From contig NC_014033.1 in NCBI RefSeq assembly GCF_000025925.1, positions 3,120,001 through 3,152,000 of the forward strand: a DNA stretch of 32,000 bases, given 5' to 3'. The stretch is from Xylanibacter ruminicola 23. GTDB lineage: Bacteria > Bacteroidota > Bacteroidia > Bacteroidales > Bacteroidaceae. The notes beneath the pieces are model-generated. The model ran no database searches, was not told where the DNA came from, and was given only the letters and a program-made list of their open reading frames with translations. Below are positions 7,988 through 16,141 of the stretch, in pieces. Position numbers and translations under genes: made by a program. Numbering within the stretch: position 1 is the first letter of the stretch; each line of letters begins with the position of its first letter.

Positions 7988-8154
7988 TGAGAACATTAGA
8001 CAATTAGATACGCCAGAGATGGGCACTTACGCTCGCTGGCAAAAAGGCATAACCAACCACATTCCCGTTTACCATTGCCACTATCCAGGGATATCATTGA
8101 GGATATCAGTAATCACGCCCTCACCGTAAATATAGGGTTCGTTTTTTAACGTAA

Positions 8155-8228
8155 CTCATCACAAATATGTGTAATTTATCCCTAATGTTTGTTTGTCTCG
8201 GCAACAATTCGTAATTTTGTAGCGTCAA
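8155..8228 (+). promoter_or_regulatory. Promoter-operator module C, with the same architecture but a degenerate first repeat
   Basis: CTCATCACAAA lies at 8155-8165 and TTTATCCCTAA at 8175-8185. TTTG is at 8188-8191, followed by a 20-nt spacer and TAATTTTG at 8212-8219. The GTAGCGTCAA block ends at 8228 and the ATG is at 8248. Confidence 0.7.
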
Positions 8229-8247
8229 AACATTAAAAAGAAAGAAA

Positions 8248-8784
8248 ATGCAAGATTTCATGACACCCCCGAAGCACGTAAACTGTCGTGCCAAAAAATC
8301 ATCATTAGATATGACTCTTCGACCATTTCTGTCTGATGATGCAGCAACAATTCTGAGTTGGTGTAAGGATAAGCATGCCTTCCGACTTTGGAGTGCCGAC
8401 AGGTATAAGGATTTTCCTGCCAAGCCTGAGGAGATGATGGCGCAATACAATGGCGACAACATATATCCACTGACGGCAGTAGTGGGTGATACGATTATCG
8501 GCCATATTCTGTTACGACGTCCTTCTGAGGATAAAAGCATCATCCGTTTCGGCTTTGTGATTGTAGATAATACGAAGCGAGGCTATGGATATGGTAAGCA
8601 GTTGTTACGACAGGCTATCGAATATGCAAGGGAGAAACTCGGCGCTAAGCAGATTACGCTCGGTGTGTTTTGCGAGAATATTTCTGCCGTAGAATGCTAC
8701 AAATCGGTAGGCTTCCGCATCAAAGGCGACGGTTCCTATTTGATCGACGGTGATAAATGGAAAGAATTTGAAATGGAATTATAA
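8248..8784 (+). CDS. GNAT N-acetyltransferase
   Basis: Motif A is present as NTKRGYGYGKQLL. It is the first gene after promoter module C. Confidence 0.8.
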   Translation: MQDFMTPPKHVNCRAKKSSLDMTLRPFLSDDAATILSWCKDKHAFRLWSADRYKDFPAKPEEMMAQYNGDNIYPLTAVVGDTIIGHILLRRPSEDKSIIRFGFVIVDNTKRGYGYGKQLLRQAIEYAREKLGAKQITLGVFCENISAVECYKSVGFRIKGDGSYLIDGDKWKEFEMEL

Positions 8785-8795
8785 AAGTAAAGACT

Positions 8796-9917
8796 ATGTA
8801 TCAATCTCGTCATCTGGCAAACACTCGAATCGATGTGGCTGATGCTCTGAGAGGCATCGCTGTAGCCGGCATTATCCTGTATCACTCGGTGGAACACTTT
8901 AATATCTTTACGCAGGAGCCGATAACCCATACGCTAGCGACTGACCAGATGGTGGCCGATGTACTGGCTTGGCTGCTGTCTGGCAAGATGTACGGTATCT
9001 TCGCCATGCTCTTCGGCTTGAGTTTCTTCATCATGAACGATAATCAGCAGCAGAAAGGCAATAATTTCTCTGGGCGCTTTGCTTGGCGCATGTGCCTGTT
9101 GTTCCTCTTCGGCATAGTCAATGTGGCTTTCTACGATGGCGACATCCTGATGCTTTATGCCTGTTATGGTCTGCTGCTCATCCCAATCAGTTATCTGCCG
9201 TCGAAGTGGGTGTGGTGTATAATTGCCTTATTAGCCATCCAGCCTGTAGAACTATTCTGCCTGCTGACTGGCACCACCATCGACCACAGCACCTTGTGGG
9301 AAGTGTACAGCAAGATCAACAGTGCCCATGAGCATGGTACATTCTGGGAGAATACCCTTACCAACCTGCGATATGGATTTGAGGTGAATTTCCGCTTCAA
9401 TATCTTCAGCGGGCGACTGACCCAGCTGCTGTGCCTGTTTATTTTAGGTATGCAGTTGGGCCGCCAGCGTATGTTTTATAACGAAGGGCGTAATTTGCAG
9501 ATATGGCATCAACTGTTATGGCGATCGGCGTTGGTGGTAGTTGTGCTGAGTATTGTGGATTTTAGCGAGATAGCCTCGTGGCTTAACCCGATCTACAATC
9601 TGATGATATTGATGATGATTGTGTCGGCCATCGTTTCGGCATGGTATGCTTCTGAGGGCGTGCGCAAGGTGTTGCATCATTTGTGTATTTTCGGACGTAT
9701 GAGTCTTACCAACTATCTGCTCCAGTCCATCATCGGCTGTGCTATCTTCTGCGGCTATGGCCTGGCTTGCTATCGCCATTTAGGTGTTACCTATGCTGTG
9801 ATGGTTGGATGTGGCATGGTTGTTTGTCAGTATCTCTTTGCCAGATATTGGTTCTCCAATCATCCTCGCGGTCCGTTAGAGGGGCTTTGGAGAAAACTGA
9901 CATGGATGAGGTTGTGA
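8796..9917 (+). CDS. DUF418 (YeiB-like) polytopic membrane protein
   Basis: The N-terminus RIDVADALRGIAVAGIILYH and the C-terminus SLTNYLLQSI...HPRGPLEGLWRKLTW match the DUF418/YeiB pattern, and there are many TM segments. Confidence 0.75.
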   Translation: MYQSRHLANTRIDVADALRGIAVAGIILYHSVEHFNIFTQEPITHTLATDQMVADVLAWLLSGKMYGIFAMLFGLSFFIMNDNQQQKGNNFSGRFAWRMCLLFLFGIVNVAFYDGDILMLYACYGLLLIPISYLPSKWVWCIIALLAIQPVELFCLLTGTTIDHSTLWEVYSKINSAHEHGTFWENTLTNLRYGFEVNFRFNIFSGRLTQLLCLFILGMQLGRQRMFYNEGRNLQIWHQLLWRSALVVVVLSIVDFSEIASWLNPIYNLMILMMIVSAIVSAWYASEGVRKVLHHLCIFGRMSLTNYLLQSIIGCAIFCGYGLACYRHLGVTYAVMVGCGMVVCQYLFARYWFSNHPRGPLEGLWRKLTWMRL

Positions 9918-10075
9918 CTGCTGACGGATGTTTTACCAACCGTTCCGACCTTTCACTGCAGTATATGATCGACCATGGGTTACGTGGCCGTTCCGACATT
10001 CCCAATCCCTTCCATCCGGGAAGCACTTACGATAATTCCCAGGCTTCTCGCATCGTGCCTGATGCTGTCAAGACA

Positions 10076-10975
10076 TTAGAGAGGCTGGGCTATCTGTATC
10101 GCAGCTCTAACTTGTGCCATATTGCTGCGCGAAACGGGGAGTGATTCGTGACAATGCTTGATGAGCAGCTGGGTAGTGCCAGAATGTGAGATAATCTGCT
10201 CTACCTGACCTAGGTTGACCATGAAAGCGCGGTGGCAACGGACTATCATTGGATAGGACTCAAGCGTTTCCTCCATGAGTTTCATCGTGGCGCGAAGCAT
10301 GTCGGTATGTACCTGATTGTTGCGCAGATGACTGACCCTGACGTAATTGCCCACAGCCTCTATATATAATAGATCGGAAATCTGTAACGTCACCGATTCG
10401 TTAGTGGTACCAGTGAGTGTGAGCTCTTGCGGTTGAGAATTCTCAACGGAGTGTTCTGCTTCGTTCGGCAATGATTGTTCGGGCTCCTGCATCTTCTTCA
10501 ATTCCTCGTTCAGCAGTCGCGTATCTTCCAGTTCTATCGCTAAATATTTGCTACGGTATTTGAAGCGCCAATAGAGTCCGATGGCGAACGAGCAGAAGGC
10601 AATGATGGCAAGGGTTTCAAGGAAATTGACAACTGAAAGCTGGTTGCCTGCATCATGTTCGTTCAGCACGAAATGGCGATAGAGGCAGATGCTCAATGCC
10701 ACGAGCGGTGTATTGATAAGTTGAAATCTGAGGTTGCGGCGGATGATGTATTCAGCGCCTTTCTTGAATGACCTCGGCATCTTGACAACATATTTCAGGA
10801 TGATGTCCGTCATCATGCAGATGAGGAAGCCAATCACTCCCAACACTATCAGATGTGCATATCCCTGCCATTGCCAATCCGACATCCAGAAAGGCTTGAA
10901 CACTGCCAGTGCCACTACTGTAAACGTAGTGCTGATAATTCTCGTTGTTATCGTTTCTTTGCGTCCTTGTTTCAT
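10076..10975 (-). CDS. Membrane-anchored LytTR-domain DNA-binding protein with no receiver domain
   Basis: The N-terminal ~165 aa contain about 4 TM helices, followed by a coiled-coil linker (LEDTRLLNEELKKMQ). The C-terminal ~100 aa form a LytTR domain (ISDLLYIEAVGNYVRVSH...RCHRAFMVNLGQV). I prefer the ATG at 10975 because a TATCTTTG -7 box (10984-10991, minus strand) lies inside the longer GTG-initiated track ORF. Confidence 0.8.
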   Translation of the reverse strand: MKQGRKETITTRIISTTFTVVALAVFKPFWMSDWQWQGYAHLIVLGVIGFLICMMTDIILKYVVKMPRSFKKGAEYIIRRNLRFQLINTPLVALSICLYRHFVLNEHDAGNQLSVVNFLETLAIIAFCSFAIGLYWRFKYRSKYLAIELEDTRLLNEELKKMQEPEQSLPNEAEHSVENSQPQELTLTGTTNESVTLQISDLLYIEAVGNYVRVSHLRNNQVHTDMLRATMKLMEETLESYPMIVRCHRAFMVNLGQVEQIISHSGTTQLLIKHCHESLPVSRSNMAQVRAAIQIAQPL

Positions 10976-10983
10976 ACAAGCCG

Positions 10984-10991
10984 CAAAGATA
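10984..10991 (-). promoter_or_regulatory. Bacteroidota -7 box TATCTTTG for the LytTR gene
   Basis: The minus strand reads TATCTTTGcggcttgtATG, placing the box 8 nt upstream of the ATG at 10975. Confidence 0.5.
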
Positions 10992-11068
10992 CAAAGAAGC
11001 GAGTAAAAAAACAAACAAATTCTCACATTTTTAAAAATTGTCGTACTCTCTGTTGCATTTCCATGCTG

Positions 11069-11153
11069 TTATCCCTGTTATTCGTCACAAAAAGTTGCAA
11101 TTCGTCCCAAAATAGGGGAGGATTGCAACTTTTTAATAACTGTGTGCCGTCAA
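11069..11153 (+). promoter_or_regulatory. Module D, a divergent variant lying between the LytTR gene and the outer-membrane receptor gene
   Basis: TTATCCCTG lies at 11069-11077, TTCGTCACAAA at 11081-11091 and TTCGTCCCAAA at 11101-11111, the last two with a 20-bp period. A -7-like TAACTGTG is at 11137-11144 and CCGTCAA at 11147-11153. The -33 position is GGGG rather than TTTG. The ATG is at 11182. Confidence 0.65.
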
Positions 11154-11181
11154 ACAGACAAAAAATAAATTGAATTGAAAA

Positions 11182-13551
11182 ATGAAACAGATTAGTTTGA
11201 AAATGGTAGCTTTGATAGCTGCAATGATGATGTGTTTATCAGCCGAGGCTATGACCGAGGATGTAGGCGGACGAGTAATTGACGCGCATGGTGAACCTTT
11301 GCCATTTGTGAGTGTGGCACTGCTTACAGCCGACTCTACTTATATACAAGGTGCAACGAGCGATGTGGATGGTTTCTTCCAGATTAAAGTCTCTGAGGTC
11401 TGTTGCATTCTACGATTCTCGTATATCGGATATCGTACCAAGTATGTTGACGTAAAGGGAATGGAAATCGGTACCATCCAGATGGAGGAAGATCAGGCGA
11501 TGCTCAGTGAGATAGTGGTGAAGGGCCAAATGCCTAAAACCAAACTGACAGGCAACTCGATGATAACCACCATTCAGGGTACTGTCTTGGGCAAGTCGGG
11601 TACTGCTCAGGAAATGCTGGCCAAGGTACCAGGTATGACGCTGAAAGGTGAAGACTTGGAGGTGCTGGGAAAGGGTACACCTATCTTTTATATTAATGGA
11701 AGAAAGATGCAGGATAAGGATGAACTGAAACGACTGCGTTCAGAAGAGATACAGAGCGTAGAGGTGATTACTAATCCTGGTGCGCAGTACGATGCCACCA
11801 TTTCGGCTGTAGTACGTATCAAGACTGTTCGCCGGGAGGGAGCTGGTTTGGGTTTCGACCTGATGGCTGCCAACAACCAGAACCTGACGTTCGGCTTCAG
11901 CGATCCCAGTAGCACGCTAAACCTGCGTTATCGTCACAACAATCTGGACCTGTTTGGTATGGTTAACTATTGGAAATGGGATAGTCCTAACGATCTGCGT
12001 ATTACGCAATCTACCTTCCTTAAGACTGATGAAGGCATTAGGAATATTCTTCAAGATAGCTACATTCGCAATGACTGGCAGGGGCAGGGCTTGAATTATA
12101 ATTTCGGATTCAACTTGCAGATTAACGACAAGCACTCGCTGGGTGCCAGAGTGGAACGTCACAACCAGTTTAAAACGCATAATGATATGTGGGTGAATAC
12201 AGAGAACAATCTTACTGGCCACGACCTCTCGCATCAGGATGATCATACCCATTATCCATATAACTGGCAGAGCAATGCCTATTATAACGGTCTGGTGGGC
12301 AAACTGAACATCGACTTGAATGTAGATTTTGCAACAGCTAAGGAAACTACCGACAACCAGATAGATGTGTATTTGCCTGAAGCCCAAACCATGCAGCAGA
12401 ACTCGCATACATGGTCACGCCTCTGGGCTGCTAAACTGGTGTTGAGCTATCCTGTGTGGAAAGGACAGTTGCAGGCGGGAACGGAGATGAGTTTCGTGAA
12501 GCGACAGAGCAGTTCGGCTATCACAAATTACCCTCTCCCTTCTACTGATACGGATGTAAAAGAAAACAATGTGGCTGCTTTTGTGGCTTACAATGCCAAC
12601 CTGGATAAATTTGGTACCGTAAGCGCCGGACTGCGTTATGAGCATGTGGGTTTTGACTATATGGACAATCTGGATGCCAATAATAATATGACACGCTATC
12701 AGGATGAGTTCTTCCCCAATATCACCTGGGCAAAGCAGTTTGGTGCTATCCAGACTTCGCTGAGCTATACTATGAAAACCGTTCGCCCGAACTATAGTGC
12801 ACTGAGCGACCATATTTATTATCTGAATTCGTTTACCCTGCAACAGGGCGACTCGAAACTGAAGAATGCTACGATGCAGGAGGTGAGCATCAATGCCAGA
12901 TGGAAGTGGATCAACCTGTTTGCTGCCTACGAGCGTCGCGACAACACCATCACTCAGGTACCAATGGCTTATAACAACGAAGGTATCATGCTACTGAAGC
13001 AGGCCAATCTGCCTGACCCCGTTCGCAATTTGGCCATCTTCCTGTCGGCCAATCCCACATGGGGCGTATATAGCCCAAGCTGGACTATCGGCGGGCAGAA
13101 GTTCTGGAACACGATGACGTTCGACGATCCTCGTAGTGATACAGGTAAGACGGATGTGACCTTCACTAAGCCTATCTTCTTCTTCGATCTGAATAACACT
13201 TTCCGCTTCAAGTATAGTTGGCAGTTGGAGGCCAATACCAACATCCAGACCAAAGGTGACGTGCTGAACTTCCGTATGCTCTCACCCTCGTATAATGTTT
13301 GTTTTGTGGTACAGAAGTGCTGGCTGAAAAACGATGCTTTGTGCTTGCGTGCCAGCATCAGCGATGTGTTCCAACGTAGCGTACAGGATGTAGCACAGGA
13401 CTGTGGTTTCTTCTACGGTGTGCAGAAAACACGAAGCCGTAGCCATCGTCTTGACATCTCTATCCGTTACACTTTCAATGCCCAGAAGAGTAAGTATAAG
13501 GGAACTGGCGCAGGTAAAGCCGAGCAGCAGCGCATGAGCAACAGCAACTGA
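11182..13551 (+). CDS. TonB-dependent-receptor-like outer membrane beta-barrel protein (CarboxypepD_reg-like N-domain, plug, then barrel); no SusD partner
   Basis: It has a signal peptide (MKQISLKMVALIAAMMMCLSAEA), a carboxypeptidase-regulatory-like domain (GRVIDAHGEPLPFVSVALL...DGFFQIKV), a plug, about 600 aa of beta-rich sequence, and a C-terminal aromatic-rich barrel end (IRYTF). Confidence 0.8.
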   Translation: MKQISLKMVALIAAMMMCLSAEAMTEDVGGRVIDAHGEPLPFVSVALLTADSTYIQGATSDVDGFFQIKVSEVCCILRFSYIGYRTKYVDVKGMEIGTIQMEEDQAMLSEIVVKGQMPKTKLTGNSMITTIQGTVLGKSGTAQEMLAKVPGMTLKGEDLEVLGKGTPIFYINGRKMQDKDELKRLRSEEIQSVEVITNPGAQYDATISAVVRIKTVRREGAGLGFDLMAANNQNLTFGFSDPSSTLNLRYRHNNLDLFGMVNYWKWDSPNDLRITQSTFLKTDEGIRNILQDSYIRNDWQGQGLNYNFGFNLQINDKHSLGARVERHNQFKTHNDMWVNTENNLTGHDLSHQDDHTHYPYNWQSNAYYNGLVGKLNIDLNVDFATAKETTDNQIDVYLPEAQTMQQNSHTWSRLWAAKLVLSYPVWKGQLQAGTEMSFVKRQSSSAITNYPLPSTDTDVKENNVAAFVAYNANLDKFGTVSAGLRYEHVGFDYMDNLDANNNMTRYQDEFFPNITWAKQFGAIQTSLSYTMKTVRPNYSALSDHIYYLNSFTLQQGDSKLKNATMQEVSINARWKWINLFAAYERRDNTITQVPMAYNNEGIMLLKQANLPDPVRNLAIFLSANPTWGVYSPSWTIGGQKFWNTMTFDDPRSDTGKTDVTFTKPIFFFDLNNTFRFKYSWQLEANTNIQTKGDVLNFRMLSPSYNVCFVVQKCWLKNDALCLRASISDVFQRSVQDVAQDCGFFYGVQKTRSRSHRLDISIRYTFNAQKSKYKGTGAGKAEQQRMSNSN

Positions 13552-13631
13552 TATGGATTAATAAAATGAGCGAAACGCTATAAAGGTGTCTTAAAAATGG
13601 CAAAAAGGGATGGATATTAAAATGTTTTTAC

Positions 13632-13639
13632 TATCTTTG
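13632..13639 (+). promoter_or_regulatory. Bacteroidota -7 box TATCTTTG for the GH3 gene
   Basis: It matches the TAnnTTTG consensus and lies 30 nt upstream of the ATG at 13670. Confidence 0.5.
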
Positions 13640-13669
13640 CAGGCAGAATTCATTAACTCAACACAATTT

Positions 13670-16141
13670 ATGAAGAAAACAATTTTATCGATTACAATGA
13701 TTTGTGCTGCAACCATGATGCAAGCACAGCAGCCTGCCATCCCCCGTGATGCGGTGCTGGAGGCGAAGATTGAGAAGACTCTGGCTAAGATGACACTCGA
13801 CGAGAAGATCGGTCAGATGCTGGAACTTAACCTCGACATTATTGGCAAGATGACTGTAGAGAATGCCAAGGTGGATCGTGAAAAGGTTCGTTCAGTGATG
13901 CAGCAGTATGGCAGATCGGAAGCAGAAATCAAGGATCTGCTGAAGATGACCGACCAGCAGATTATCGACAAGTTGGGTGGATTCCCAGTAGATATCTATC
14001 AGGGTGATACCAAGCGTGTTTGGAAACTGAACGAGCAGATGCTCGATACACTTATCTCTAAGTGGAAGGTGGGATCTATCCTGAATGCACCAGGCACGAA
14101 GGCTCCAACAGTAGCCCAGTGGCAGCAGTGGATTCAGCTGATTCAGAAAAAGTCGATGAAGTATCTGGGTATTCCTGATATCTATGGACTGGATCACAAC
14201 CACGGCGTAACCTATACTCAGGGTGGAACACTCTTCCCACAGCCCATCAACTTAGGTGCATCGTTCAATACCGAACTGGCTCGCAGAGGTGCTGAGATTA
14301 CAGCTTACGAGAGTCGTGCAGCTAACTGTCCTTGGGTGTATAACCCAGTGGTTGACCTGAGTCGTGACCCACGTTGGCCTCGTGTATATGAGAGCTTTGG
14401 CGAAGATGCTATCGTAAACTCAAAGATGGTTACTGCTGAGATTAAGGGTTATCAGGGCGATGATAATAACCACATCGACCAGTATCACGTAGGTACCAGC
14501 ACCAAACACTACTTTGCCTATGGTGCCCCCTGGACTGGAAAGGATCGTACTCCAGCCTACCTCTCGCCACAGATGATTCGCGAGAAGTATTTTGAGCCAT
14601 TCAAGGCAGCTGCTTTGGCTGGTACACTCACCATGATGGTTAATTCGGCTTCAGTCAACGGCGTGCCTGTTCATGCCAGCTACGAGTATCTGACCAAGTG
14701 GCTGAAGGAAGACCTGCAGTGGGATGGATTCCTGGTTACCGACTGGGCTGATATCAACAATCTGTTCTCTCGTGAGCATGTAGCTAAGGATAAGAAAGAT
14801 GCCATCCGCATTGCTATCAATGCTGGTATCGATATGTCGATGGATCCCTATAGCGTTGAGTTCTGTATCCTGCTGAAGGAGCTGGTACAGGAGGGTAAGG
14901 TGAAGATGAGTCGTATTGATGATGCTGTTCGCCGTATCCTGCGTGCCAAGTATCGTCTGGGCCTCTTCGAGAAGCCAAACACAGGTGGAAAGGGCTTTGA
15001 GAAGTTTGGTAGTGCTGAGTTTGCAGCCGCTTCGTTGAAGGCTGCTGAGGAGAGCGAGGTGCTGCTGAAGAACGAGGGCAATATTCTGCCTCTGGCAAAG
15101 GGTAAGAAGATTCTGTTGACTGGTCCTAACGCCAACCAGATGCGTTGTCTGCATGGTGGTTGGAGCTACACCTGGCAGGGTTCGAAGGCAGAGGAACTCT
15201 CAGAGAAGTACAACACCATCTACGAGGCTCTGTGTAATAAGTATGGTAAGGAGAACATCATTCTGGAGCAGGGTGTGACCTATAATGAGAATGGAGCTTA
15301 CTATGATGAGAACGAGCCACAGATTGACAAGGCTGTAGCCGCTGCCGACAAGGCCGATGTGATTATCGCTTGTATCGGTGAGAACTCATATACCGAGACA
15401 CCTGGTAACCTGAACGACCTGTGGCTGTCGGCAAATCAGCGCAACCTGGTAAAGGCACTCGCCAAGACTGGCAAGCCCATCGTCATGGTGCTGAACGAGG
15501 GTCGTCCTCGTCTGATTGCTGATATCGAGCCATTGGCTAAGGCTGTGGTAGATATCCTGATTCCTGGTAACTACGGTGGCGACGCGCTGGCTAACCTGTT
15601 GGCTGGCGATGCTAACTTCTCGGCAAAGATGCCTTACACCTATCCTCGCGAGATTAACTCGCTGAACACCTATGATTATAAGGTATCAGAAGAGGTGGGC
15701 ACCATGGCTGGCGCTTACAACTACGATGCAAAGGTAAGTTTGCAGTGGCCCTTCGGCTATGGCATCAGCTACACCACCTACGAGTACAGCAACCTGAAGG
15801 TTGACAAGAAGCAGTTTACTGCCGCTGATGTGCTGACAGTAAGCGTAGATGTAAAGAACACTGGCGCCAAGGCCGGTAAGGAGGCTGTTCTGCTTTACAG
15901 CAGCGATCTGGTTGCATCTATCGTACCTGACAACAAGCGTCTGCGCGACTTCACTAAGATTGAGTTGCAGCCAGGCGAGGTAAAGACTGTTACCTTCCAG
16001 TTGCCTGCCAAGAACTTAGCCTTTGTAGGCGCCGATGGTAAGTGGACCCTTGAGGAGGGCGACTTTATCCTTAAGGTTGGCAACCAGACCGTAGGTACTG
16101 CTTGCACACAGACAAAGATCTGGGACGAGCCTAATATTTAA
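13670..16141 (+). CDS. Glycoside hydrolase family 3 (BglX-like beta-glucosidase/exo-glycosidase), secreted
   Basis: It has a signal peptide ([21 protein letters not shown]), [17 protein letters not shown], and the nucleophile motif GFLVTDW. The ATG at 13670 lies downstream of the TATCTTTG -7 box at 13632-13639. Confidence 0.9.
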   Translation: MKKTILSITMICAATMMQAQQPAIPRDAVLEAKIEKTLAKMTLDEKIGQMLELNLDIIGKMTVENAKVDREKVRSVMQQYGRSEAEIKDLLKMTDQQIIDKLGGFPVDIYQGDTKRVWKLNEQMLDTLISKWKVGSILNAPGTKAPTVAQWQQWIQLIQKKSMKYLGIPDIYGLDHNHGVTYTQGGTLFPQPINLGASFNTELARRGAEITAYESRAANCPWVYNPVVDLSRDPRWPRVYESFGEDAIVNSKMVTAEIKGYQGDDNNHIDQYHVGTSTKHYFAYGAPWTGKDRTPAYLSPQMIREKYFEPFKAAALAGTLTMMVNSASVNGVPVHASYEYLTKWLKEDLQWDGFLVTDWADINNLFSREHVAKDKKDAIRIAINAGIDMSMDPYSVEFCILLKELVQEGKVKMSRIDDAVRRILRAKYRLGLFEKPNTGGKGFEKFGSAEFAAASLKAAEESEVLLKNEGNILPLAKGKKILLTGPNANQMRCLHGGWSYTWQGSKAEELSEKYNTIYEALCNKYGKENIILEQGVTYNENGAYYDENEPQIDKAVAAADKADVIIACIGENSYTETPGNLNDLWLSANQRNLVKALAKTGKPIVMVLNEGRPRLIADIEPLAKAVVDILIPGNYGGDALANLLAGDANFSAKMPYTYPREINSLNTYDYKVSEEVGTMAGAYNYDAKVSLQWPFGYGISYTTYEYSNLKVDKKQFTAADVLTVSVDVKNTGAKAGKEAVLLYSSDLVASIVPDNKRLRDFTKIELQPGEVKTVTFQLPAKNLAFVGADGKWTLEEGDFILKVGNQTVGTACTQTKIWDEPNI

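Noticed and set aside
8019-8129. A 36-codon + strand ORF (MGTYARWQKGITNHIPVYHCHYPG...) in the spacer before module C
   Set aside because: It has no promoter box, no recognisable motif and no supporting context, so I cannot distinguish it from chance. It is mentioned only as part of the unexplained spacer.
9683-10144. The + strand ORF spanning the DUF418 3' end, the intergenic gap and the LytTR 3' end
   Set aside because: It overlaps two well-supported genes in other frames. The product is Cys/Arg/Leu-rich with no motif, and it is most likely spurious.
13553-13624. ATGGATTAATAAAATG and ATGGATATTAAAATG as a direct repeat upstream of the GH3 gene
   Set aside because: The sequence is AT-rich and low-complexity, the match is imperfect, and a similarity of this length is plausibly due to chance in an AT-rich promoter region.
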